Source: an uncultured virus (IMG/VR IMGVR_UViG_3300030202_003905)
Lineage: Duplodnaviria > Heunggongvirae > Uroviricota > Caudoviricetes
Direction: 5' to 3' (one strand)
DNA: 20,000 bases
IMG/VR virus record: IMGVR_UViG_3300030202_003905
Positions 9,467 to 16,730 of this stretch are shown piece after piece (position 1 is the first letter of the stretch; each line of letters opens with the position of its first letter). Both the position numbers and the translations under genes were made by a program. The notes under the pieces are model-generated. The model had not been told where the DNA came from. It did no database searches and saw nothing but the letters and a program-made list of their open reading frames with translations.

Positions 9467-9787
9467 TTAATCCTCAAAATTTTCAATAGCATTCTGCTTC
9501 ATGAATCTATTGTAAATTATTCTTCCTAGTTCCGCGGAGTATTTTCTAACTTTATATTCAGGTTCATCGAAAAAAAAGGCATGAGTAATTTCTTCAATAA
9601 TAACGTTTAGTTTGCGCCTTTTTCCTAATGATTCGTCTACAATAATTTTTCTTTCGTTTGAAGAAGGATCATAACACCACCCATCCGCTCGTTCATCTAT
9701 ATCTATTGACTCAAAATAGATAGGTATTCTAATTCCATCCCATCTAGTAATATAATGTTGCGGCTTACGTTTCTTTTTTTTATTCAT
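9467..9787 (-). CDS. Small zincin-like (IrrE/ImmA-type) protein with variant EExxH motif
   Basis: DGWC...RKIIVD..L....LNVIIEEITHAFF...E..V pattern. Confidence 0.6.
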   Translation of the reverse strand: MNKKKKRKPQHYITRWDGIRIPIYFESIDIDERADGWCYDPSSNERKIIVDESLGKRRKLNVIIEEITHAFFFDEPEYKVRKYSAELGRIIYNRFMKQNAIENFED

Positions 9788-9832
9788 ACCCGAACGTATT
9801 GGTTTATTCTATTTAAAAATGGTATAAAAAAA

Positions 9833-10264
9833 TCAATGAAGATATTCTGCATCTTCTTCCCAATCAGGTCTCCAACCCGGTAAATATAAATCTAATATAT
9901 CTTTAGCTGCTTCTCTAGATTCTTTATCAAATTTTCCAGGCGAGAGATAAACATAATGTAAAAATTGAGTTATTTCATTCCATTTTTCGGGGTTATCAGC
10001 TGCTATTTTTTCGACAAACTCTTCAAATTGAGTCATCATTCCTGAATCTATAGACGATTCAGTACTTGACCCAAAAGTTCTATACATTATTATTGTCTTA
10101 GCACCTAACCCGTCCGGATCTTTTCTAAAAGTTATCTTTTTATCCCCCACTATATCAGAAGTAAAAGGAGGCAATCTATGTCTATCAGAACCACCTCTTC
10201 CAGGGTCTCCTGTCATTACTTTTTCTGCTAATACGTAAATGCTTTTTTGGTCTTTATCGAACAT
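9833..10264 (-). CDS. Hypothetical late protein
   Basis: ORF track; TATAAATA on the minus strand at 10274-10281. Confidence 0.8.
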   Translation of the reverse strand: MFDKDQKSIYVLAEKVMTGDPGRGGSDRHRLPPFTSDIVGDKKITFRKDPDGLGAKTIIMYRTFGSSTESSIDSGMMTQFEEFVEKIAADNPEKWNEITQFLHYVYLSPGKFDKESREAAKDILDLYLPGWRPDWEEDAEYLH

Positions 10265-10280
10265 AGTTTTAAATATTTAT

Positions 10281-10448
10281 ATGGTCACTTGCCAAAATTG
10301 TAAAATGGAAGTGCCAAATGAACTACATTTAATGCTTTTTACAAGACATGAATGGGGAAAGTTAAAATCTGGACATGGGGTACAAAAATTTATTTGTAAA
10401 GAATGTATAGATAAATTCAGTAAAAAAGATACAATTAGTAATGACTAA
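10281..10448 (+). CDS. Small zinc-finger protein, 55 aa (start revised to ATG 10281)
   Basis: MVTCQNC...ICKEC gives two CxxC pairs; TAAATA 5 nt upstream. Confidence 0.7.
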   Translation: MVTCQNCKMEVPNELHLMLFTRHEWGKLKSGHGVQKFICKECIDKFSKKDTISND

Positions 10449-10647
10449 AGATCAATTATTAATAAAAGTAAACCATATGGTTTTTAACAAACTGGTAATG
10501 ATTTTTTCAGGTTTTGTTTTTGGAGTCATAATAGGGAGTATCACGACATACTATTTAACTGATCAGGAAAGTGACGACTACATAAAAGGGTATACAGACG
10601 CCATGGTGAATATTTATGAAAACGAACCTAAAGTACAAACTGAATAA
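10441..10647 (+). CDS. Small single-pass membrane protein
   Basis: Hydrophobic LVMIFSGFVFGVIIGSITTYYL; overlaps upstream stop. Confidence 0.7.
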   Translation: MTKDQLLIKVNHMVFNKLVMIFSGFVFGVIIGSITTYYLTDQESDDYIKGYTDAMVNIYENEPKVQTE

Positions 10648-10705
10648 ATATTTGTGTCTAGAGGAACAAGATTGTCTGCTTGTTACCTTAATAGAAAGAA
10701 AAAAA

Positions 10706-11284
10706 ATGAAAACATTAATCAAAGTAGTCGCTCTAGCAGTTACGCTAGCGGTAGCGACTTCAGTTAACGCACAGGTAAAACCTGATAAGGGACCGAAGGG
10801 TAAAGATAAAGTTACCCATCGCGATGGAAAGAAACCTTCTAAAGAAGATATTAAAAAACGCTTAGAATCAGCTAAAAAGAAACGCGCACAAAAGCAAAGA
10901 GATGCTAAGAAACGCGGTTCAAAAGTTAGCGAACGTAAAAACAGCCCTCGTGGTAGATCATTTGGAAGGCTAGTTCGTTCTGATGATAAACTTGCTGGAC
11001 TCGTAAAAGAGTGGAGAGGTAAGGAAACAGAACTTAAAAAGAAGAGCAGAGCTCTTTGGGAGAAGTTAAAGAAGTCTGATGACGATGCTGTAAAAGCTAA
11101 GCTTAGAGCAGCTCTTGGAGAGTTAAGAAAGTCACATGGAGATGCATCTAAGAAACATCGTGAAGAAATCGGTGCTCGTTTAAAAGAACTAGGTAAAGGT
11201 GATTGGTTTAAAAATGATCGTAAGAAACAGCTCGATAATGAGCGTAAAGGTGATCGCAAACGTCGCGGTAAACCTGGAGAATAA
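10706..11284 (+). CDS. Secreted, very basic helical protein (start revised to ATG 10706)
   Basis: Signal peptide MKTLIKVVALAVTLAVATSVNA-Q; Lys/Arg-rich coiled body; TAAATA at 10645 and terminator downstream. Confidence 0.8.
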   Translation: MKTLIKVVALAVTLAVATSVNAQVKPDKGPKGKDKVTHRDGKKPSKEDIKKRLESAKKKRAQKQRDAKKRGSKVSERKNSPRGRSFGRLVRSDDKLAGLVKEWRGKETELKKKSRALWEKLKKSDDDAVKAKLRAALGELRKSHGDASKKHREEIGARLKELGKGDWFKNDRKKQLDNERKGDRKRRGKPGE

Positions 11285-11305
11285 TTAAACTATCAGAAAA
11301 TAATC

Positions 11306-11333
11306 GAAGAGCCCCTTAGGGGGCTCTTTTTTT
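11306..11333 (+). terminator. Rho-independent terminator
   Basis: AAGAGCCCC-ttag-GGGGCTCTT followed by a T-run. Confidence 0.9.
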
Positions 11334-11361
11334 GACCGCTATTAACATAAATAGTAACATC

Positions 11362-12465
11362 ATGGAAGAACATGTCAGTCAAAGTATAATTTTTAAAAAC
11401 GGAATAGGTCACCTTCCCTTAACTGAAGGATGGGGTGTATACACTACATCGGTAAATGCAACATTATTTGGGCCAGGTGGTGTTTGGATAAGAGACGTTG
11501 CTGATGATGGTATAGATTTTGAAACTGATTCAGAAGACCCCAATGCTGAAGCTTCTGTTTATTGGGTGGGTAGTTGGCCGGAAGTAGGGGATGACGATCC
11601 TGATGGACAAGAATATGATGTTGAATTTGATGTCGATTATAACAACTGCGGAACAGACCCAGAAATAAGCGCAGGTGGAGTAAGTTTTGGTTCTGCAGGA
11701 AACGTAAAAGCAGGAAGAGCTTGTTCTAAATTAGGTTATAAAAATATATCTAAAATAGAAGCTGATCTTGATTTATCAGGTCTTGCTCAACGATCAGGAT
11801 TTACAGGTGATTGGTTGAATGCAGCTTTTTATGCTGTTACAAGTGATACACAGCCTAAAGGAAATGGTAACTATTGTGATGCTGAATTTGAACCTAAACC
11901 AGGCGACCCAGGTTACCCATGCCCGTTTTGTAATGAAATTGATTTCATAGAAACAAACGGACAAAAAATGTTTCAACATACTTTACATTTAGCAGATGCT
12001 AAACAGGGACCTCAAAGATATGAAGTTTCGTTTACTGATGCAGCTAATACAGATTGTTGGGAATGGGATGAAATGCAAGCTGCAGCTGGTTCACCAGGTG
12101 TGCATGATTTGGTAGGTAAAATTGATCCAAATAAATCATTCCATATGGAAGTAGTCTTCAATGCTGACTATACTAATATGACCATATCACTTTCTCAAGG
12201 TGGAGGAGATCCTATTACAGTATTTGATATGAACGAACAAGCTTACCCTGGTAGTGATACTTTAGATATGAGTAAGTTGAAAGACGCCATGGAAGTTGGT
12301 TGGTGGTTCACTCCTTCATATCATGGTGATTGGTCACCAGGTGTAAATGTACCACATTGGTATAAAGATTGTGGCGGAGATTGTAGTCATGGTACTTTAT
12401 GCGGTGATGGTGGAGGCTGGAAACTTGCTAATTTGAAAGTTACAGCTCAAGGAACAGTTGGATAG
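11362..12465 (+). CDS. Clan GH-B glycoside hydrolase with GH7-like signatures (start revised to ATG 11362)
   Basis: DLDLSGL, LNAAFY, GNYCDA, CNEIDFIETN (ExDxxE), IDPNKSFHMEVVF, LKDAMEVG, LANLKV are collinear with GH7 motifs. Confidence 0.7.
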   Translation: MEEHVSQSIIFKNGIGHLPLTEGWGVYTTSVNATLFGPGGVWIRDVADDGIDFETDSEDPNAEASVYWVGSWPEVGDDDPDGQEYDVEFDVDYNNCGTDPEISAGGVSFGSAGNVKAGRACSKLGYKNISKIEADLDLSGLAQRSGFTGDWLNAAFYAVTSDTQPKGNGNYCDAEFEPKPGDPGYPCPFCNEIDFIETNGQKMFQHTLHLADAKQGPQRYEVSFTDAANTDCWEWDEMQAAAGSPGVHDLVGKIDPNKSFHMEVVFNADYTNMTISLSQGGGDPITVFDMNEQAYPGSDTLDMSKLKDAMEVGWWFTPSYHGDWSPGVNVPHWYKDCGGDCSHGTLCGDGGGWKLANLKVTAQGTVG

Positions 12466-12493
12466 AACTTGTTCAGAGATATAAGTTAACGTT

Positions 12494-12519
12494 AAGGCGA
12501 TCTTCGGATCGCCTTTTTT
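12494..12519 (+). terminator. Rho-independent terminator with cUUCGg tetraloop
   Basis: AAGGCGATC-TTCG-GATCGCCTT-TTTT. Confidence 0.92.
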
Positions 12520-12547
12520 CTTACCGCGAGCATTAAATATTCTTATC

Positions 12548-12742
12548 ATGTCAGAAGATTTTCATACAACACCTGATTCTACTTCAGCTCCCAGTGGTTC
12601 AGGATCTATCGGTTATGAGCATAGAGGTGTTAGTAACACCCCTGAGACAACATCAGCTCCAAGTGGTGCAGAACCTACAGGATCTGGGTCAATTCAAGCT
12701 GATCGTTCTACCCCTGCACCTACTTCAGATGTTAGCGGGTAA
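12548..12742 (+). CDS. Small Ser/Thr/Pro/Gly-rich disordered protein with internal repeat
   Basis: TPDSTSAPSG-SGSI and TPETTSAPSG..GSGSI; TAAATA 8 nt upstream. Confidence 0.7.
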   Translation: MSEDFHTTPDSTSAPSGSGSIGYEHRGVSNTPETTSAPSGAEPTGSGSIQADRSTPAPTSDVSG

Positions 12743-12817
12743 TGGTTGTTCTCCGAAGGAGATCTTTTGTCTCCTGCAGTTTAAACCATAAACTATATAT
12801 CTGTATACATACATCAA

Positions 12818-12913
12818 ATGGAACCAGAAAAACCTGATTATGAATTTTGGGTAATTTGCACGGTATTATTAGTAACAGCTGTTTGGATACTAATGCAAAG
12901 AATAATGATGTAG
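12818..12913 (+). CDS. 31-aa membrane peptide (not in ORF track)
   Basis: MEPEKPDYEFWVICTVLLVTAVWILMQRIMM; fills the gap up to the convergent gene. Confidence 0.5.
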   Translation: MEPEKPDYEFWVICTVLLVTAVWILMQRIMM

Positions 12914-12925
12914 ATTATTCTTTTA

Positions 12926-13756
12926 TCAAGGAGTAAAAGCATTAGTTATTGAAAATTTTCTAGTAGGCCCACTTGGAGTACGTTTTAAAATAAGATTACA
13001 ATATGTATCTTTTTGGTAACATTCATAATAATAATCTTTTATTTCTTCAATTGAAGAGGGATTAACAATAGGTCTGTTATTTACATTAGAATCAAGAGGA
13101 ATTTTAAACACGGAAAACATATGTTCCTTAATAAAATCAAAAAACCAATTAATATCTTGGTTATTATTATGTAACCAATAAGGAGCATACTCTAAAAATA
13201 TGGTTCCGTTAAAAGGTTCCTTAAAACAATTACTTGCTCCCTGTAAAATGCTAATTTCTGAGCCTTGGGTATCCATTTTTATGAACTTTATCTTGTTCCA
13301 TTCAAGGCCAATAGTGTTATTATTAGCAAAAAAATCGTCTAAAGTTGTTTGATTAACGGTTTCTTCTTCAAATAATTCATTTTCAAACACGTGTCCCCTA
13401 CAATCACCCATATTTTTAGGGTTAATTATGTATTGAGATTGTTTAGATTCGTGACTTACAGCAGCATTTATAGCTAATACATTGTTTTCTAAGTTATGTT
13501 TCTTTACATTTTGGCATAAAACATCATAATTCTTAGACATTGGCTCGAAAGCAACAAGTTTACCATTAGGAACTAGGTGCTTTGCAAAGTTGACAGTATG
13601 TAATCCTATGTTTCCGCCAATATCTAACACGTGATCACCGTTTTCTATCATCTCACATGAGTATCTTATCTCAGCATCTTCACAATTATTACATATAATC
13701 TGGCCAGAAGTAATATCACCACCACCGTGCGTTATAAGATCATAGATAACATTCAT
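12926..13756 (-). CDS. FkbM-family SAM-dependent methyltransferase
   Basis: VLDIGGNIGLHT, VAFEP, AINAAVS, TTLDDF, FIKMDTQGSE..ILQGA. Confidence 0.92.
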   Translation of the reverse strand: MNVIYDLITHGGGDITSGQIICNNCEDAEIRYSCEMIENGDHVLDIGGNIGLHTVNFAKHLVPNGKLVAFEPMSKNYDVLCQNVKKHNLENNVLAINAAVSHESKQSQYIINPKNMGDCRGHVFENELFEEETVNQTTLDDFFANNNTIGLEWNKIKFIKMDTQGSEISILQGASNCFKEPFNGTIFLEYAPYWLHNNNQDINWFFDFIKEHMFSVFKIPLDSNVNNRPIVNPSSIEEIKDYYYECYQKDTYCNLILKRTPSGPTRKFSITNAFTP

Positions 13757-13857
13757 TTTTTAAATTCTTCTTTTATGGTTTCAATAAAAGAGCATATTAA
13801 AATACATATTAACTGAAAAGGCAATGTCAATATTACCCAAACAGGCGGCATTGGCAT
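13753..13857 (-). CDS. 34-aa membrane peptide (not in ORF track)
   Basis: MPMPPVWVILTLPFQLICILICSFIETIKEEFKK; abuts the upstream stop and has an ATGA overlap with the FkbM start. Confidence 0.5.
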   Translation of the reverse strand: MPMPPVWVILTLPFQLICILICSFIETIKEEFKK

Positions 13858-13858
13858 A

Positions 13859-14554
13859 TCATTCTTCGTATTTTTCATTTGATTTAGCTGGTTCTTCAAC
13901 GCCAACTTTAAAATTAGGGTTTAACTGACCAGCAATAACATTACTTTGATATGTAGCCCGTAAAAATTTACCTTGCTTTATGCTTCCTAATGCAGGTTTA
14001 TTAAATCCTGTAGTAATTTCTAAGTCATCATTACCACCTATTGCCTCCATCTTACCTCTAAACTCATTTGCTGCGTCCCAAGTAACGTCAGTTAGTCCTA
14101 CATGCAATTGCTTAAGTTCTTGCAAATCAATAAGATAGGTTAATCCTTTATTTGATATACCGGTATTGAATAAATTAAGTCTCACTAATCGAGGAAAATA
14201 AAGAGCAATCTTTTTACATGCTAAGTCAGTAACTAATTTATTATTTGACAAATCTAAGTAGCGTAATTGGTCTTGATCTTTTATAGAATCAATTGCATTA
14301 TGTGTTAACATACCACCTCTTGTTCTTAGCTGATAAATTTTATTTGATCCAGTTTCATTTATAGCTAGAACAAAATCTTCATCATCAAGCTTAACTCTTA
14401 CATCTTCACCAATAATTGTTTGACCATTTAATAAGAGATAATATAAATTTAAATTTTGTTCTGATATAGGCATAAAAAGGCCATTATACTTTTTTACTAT
14501 TGGTCCAGCAGTTAATGTGCATAGTAGGCACAAATATAATACTAATGTTTTCAT
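13859..14554 (-). CDS. Secreted leucine-rich-repeat protein
   Basis: Signal peptide; LRYLDLSNNKLVTD, LVRLNLFNTGISNKGL, LKQLHVGLTDVT repeats. Confidence 0.82.
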   Translation of the reverse strand: MKTLVLYLCLLCTLTAGPIVKKYNGLFMPISEQNLNLYYLLLNGQTIIGEDVRVKLDDEDFVLAINETGSNKIYQLRTRGGMLTHNAIDSIKDQDQLRYLDLSNNKLVTDLACKKIALYFPRLVRLNLFNTGISNKGLTYLIDLQELKQLHVGLTDVTWDAANEFRGKMEAIGGNDDLEITTGFNKPALGSIKQGKFLRATYQSNVIAGQLNPNFKVGVEEPAKSNEKYEE

Positions 14555-14568
14555 TTCTTTTTATAAAT

Positions 14569-14644
14569 TGGAGCGCGGCCAGGGTACCGCCCCCTGCTTC
14601 GATGGTTTTGCAGACCACGCCGTTCACTTGCTCGGTCGCCGCGC
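14569..14644 (-). tRNA. tRNA-Cys(GCA), 76 nt, encoded CCA, non-canonical T-loop
   Basis: Acceptor GCGCGGC/GCCGCGC + U73 + CCA; D stem CCG/CGG; anticodon arm GTGGT-CTGCAAA-ACCAT; T arm CAGGG-GGCGGTA-CCCTG. Confidence 0.88.
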
Positions 14645-14705
14645 CAACGCCAGAACCATACTGTATAGTCATCTTCACCCCAATCAATGGGTAATATGTC
14701 GTATT

Positions 14706-15005
14706 TTATCCGCATTCTGTTGGCCAGTATTTTTGTTCTTCTGGATCATGAACACTGTTAATGGTTTTGACTTCAAAAAATTCTCTTAAAGAGTCTGATA
14801 ACTCTATTGCTTGGTCCTTAGTAAAGTAAAGATCATATTCAACTTCTTTATTTTCTTCTACAGCATTATTAAAAAGTTCTATATGTAACATATCATCATC
14901 CACCCATTTAAACACTTTCATGAAATGTGAACCGCAACGGCATTCAAATAGCTTTGCCATTAGCTCATTATCATTTGGGTTTGCTTCTACAAGGTCCATA
15001 CTCAT
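14706..15005 (-). CDS. Hypothetical protein (CxC..H motif)
   Basis: ORF track; GGAGG and TATAAT upstream. Confidence 0.75.
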   Translation of the reverse strand: MSMDLVEANPNDNELMAKLFECRCGSHFMKVFKWVDDDMLHIELFNNAVEENKEVEYDLYFTKDQAIELSDSLREFFEVKTINSVHDPEEQKYWPTECG

Positions 15006-15019
15006 ATTATAATAACCTC

Positions 15020-15817
15020 CTATGAATAAACAAGATTATAATGATTTACTTTCTTACCAGGTATATCGTTTAACTTAACATAATCATAACCAGTACCATA
15101 ATCACTAGGCATAAAAACCTCCTCAGCATGACCCAGATAAGCAGCCCACCAAGAGAATGTAGAATTAGTAATTATTAACTTCTTATATGACATTATATCT
15201 GCAAAGTCCTTATCCGGCTCGCAGCTCTCACGGCACACTACTTTCGGCGAGAAATGAGCAAAGTGGTTTAGATAGCCTATATCATATGTATCGGTAACAA
15301 TAGTAAGATTGTCAAATTGTAAATTATCTAATACACCCAGCACACCGTTCGGCTCCGGCACGAGACCTAAGCTCTTAAAATCACTACCCAATCTTAGACT
15401 TACACATACACCATCTACGGGATCTACTTCCGGTATATTGAAATAACTTTTTACTAGCTCTGTATCTTCATATAATGCACTATCTTGGAAGTAACCTGAC
15501 AACTGAGCATCTCTGCTTACCTTCTGGCCTTTCCAGTAATGCAGGTAGTTACGCTCATCTTTAGGGTCTAGTCCATGCTGGCAGATCTCTCCGAATAACG
15601 GCATTCGATGAATCCCGAATGGTGCTTTATGCATCGCTTCACCATATAGACCTTCATGTTCCATATCTAACATATCATTGAGAAATTGCTGATGTTTCTG
15701 CTCGAATGTCGGTAACCGAGGAGTCATATTGCAGCGATTAGCAAATAATCTCATTAATGCATATTGGAAAAATATATTTCCGTAATTACCAATAGGTTCA
15801 AATGATACGTAATTCAC
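15020..15817 (-). CDS. GT11-family (alpha-1,2-fucosyltransferase-like) glycosyltransferase
   Basis: GNYGNIFFQYA, LSGYFQD, VSLRLGSD (variant of HxRxxD), IITNSTFSWWAAYL. Confidence 0.88.
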   Translation of the reverse strand: MNYVSFEPIGNYGNIFFQYALMRLFANRCNMTPRLPTFEQKHQQFLNDMLDMEHEGLYGEAMHKAPFGIHRMPLFGEICQHGLDPKDERNYLHYWKGQKVSRDAQLSGYFQDSALYEDTELVKSYFNIPEVDPVDGVCVSLRLGSDFKSLGLVPEPNGVLGVLDNLQFDNLTIVTDTYDIGYLNHFAHFSPKVVCRESCEPDKDFADIMSYKKLIITNSTFSWWAAYLGHAEEVFMPSDYGTGYDYVKLNDIPGKKVNHYNLVYS

Positions 15818-15821
15818 GTGA

Positions 15822-16028
15822 TTAGTCTTTACTAGCGTCGCGTCGTTTACGTTGCCTTTGTTTCTTCTCGTTTACCAGACATACAGACCCCCAGCAAAAA
15901 AGGAACATTACTATAGTGATCCCAACTTCTGTCATGTAATTAATTATTAGGAACGCAGCGATACCAACCATGACCCAACTCAATATGCCGTACCATAACC
16001 ACCATTTTAACTTATCCAAATCTTCCAT
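15822..16028 (-). CDS. Two-TM membrane protein with basic C-tail (holin-like topology, unproven)
   Basis: Two hydrophobic stretches then KKQRQRKRR; TATAAT-N6-ATG upstream. Confidence 0.65.
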   Translation of the reverse strand: MEDLDKLKWWLWYGILSWVMVGIAAFLIINYMTEVGITIVMFLFCWGSVCLVNEKKQRQRKRRDASKD

Positions 16029-16101
16029 ACATCTATTATATTATCAAACCGCGGGGTATATATAGGCCGAAAAAATCGCCAAAAATTTTTTTTGGGGCAT
16101 G

Positions 16102-16130
16102 CCCTCACCATGGTTCCCAACCAATGTCAA
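16102..16130 (-). promoter_or_regulatory. Broken copy of the GGGAAC promoter cassette (perfect -35 and box, no -10)
   Basis: TTGACA-TTGGTTGGGAACCATGG-TGAGGG; the box is in the same spacer register as in the intact copies. Confidence 0.65.
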
Positions 16131-16197
16131 TATATATGTTTCTCCGTTACCCGGTGCTCTGAGCAAAGCTTCTCTCTCGAACTTTGTGCAGAGAGAC

Positions 16198-16258
16198 AAA
16201 AACCCCCTCTCGCAAACAAAACATTCTAGCGAATGAAAACAAAATCGAGAGGGGGCTT
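16198..16258 (-). terminator. Terminator-like hairpin with 33-nt structured loop
   Basis: CCCCCTCTCG (16203-16212) pairs with CGAGAGGGGG (16246-16255); TTTTT follows on the minus strand; lies just after the stop of 16274-16720. Confidence 0.7.
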
Positions 16259-16273
16259 ATCTAGAGAACGGTA

Positions 16274-16720
16274 CTAGCTTTGACCACCTACAGTCGCAAT
16301 TACCTCTTCTTCGTCTTCGTCCCAAACCTGCTTCTTAATCGCCGCTACAGCCTCTTTGCCTATCAGCTCTTCCTTCTGTTGCTCATAAGCTTCTGTCTCT
16401 GGACTCAGCTTAGACTCTACGACGGTCGTCGCAATGTTCTTCTCTTTAGCAGTCACATTACGCTTAGAGGCCTTACCTCTGGTATTCAATTGAACGATAT
16501 CAAGCCATGGCTTCTCTGTCGTGATCTTATCGAATGCCTCTATGTCTGCTACTACATCTTTAACGTCTGCATTCTTACAACGCGTCAATGCTTCACGACT
16601 CACATAATACTTTTGTAGATCTGCTACTGTAGTACCCAACCTAGTCGCTTTCTTCTGTAAGTAGTCGTACGTGGTTGGTCGACTCTTACCCGTTACTATA
16701 CATGTTAACTTTGGACTCAT
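16274..16720 (-). CDS. Hypothetical protein, paralog of 3069-3428
   Basis: MSPKLTCIVTGK...YLQKK...G....L..YYVSREA. Confidence 0.85.
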   Translation of the reverse strand: MSPKLTCIVTGKSRPTTYDYLQKKATRLGTTVADLQKYYVSREALTRCKNADVKDVVADIEAFDKITTEKPWLDIVQLNTRGKASKRNVTAKEKNIATTVVESKLSPETEAYEQQKEELIGKEAVAAIKKQVWDEDEEEVIATVGGQS

Positions 16721-16730
16721 AATTTAAATT

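Noticed and set aside
10555..11259. 234-aa minus-strand ORF
   Set aside because: Antisense shadow of the Lys-rich secreted protein, which has a signal peptide, promoter and terminator.
3124..12791. Minor overlapping ORFs at 3124, 4584, 4793, 11794, 12594
   Set aside because: Antisense or out-of-frame to better supported genes, with no promoter or motif support.
14569..14644. tmRNA or half of a split tmRNA
   Set aside because: Despite the GGCRGUA loop it has a full anticodon arm with GCA and U73, and no G3-U70 alanine identity or tag reading frame.
14484..14789. Three short ORFs over the tRNA
   Set aside because: They overlap the tRNA-Cys and flanking genes; GC-rich RNA gene artefact.
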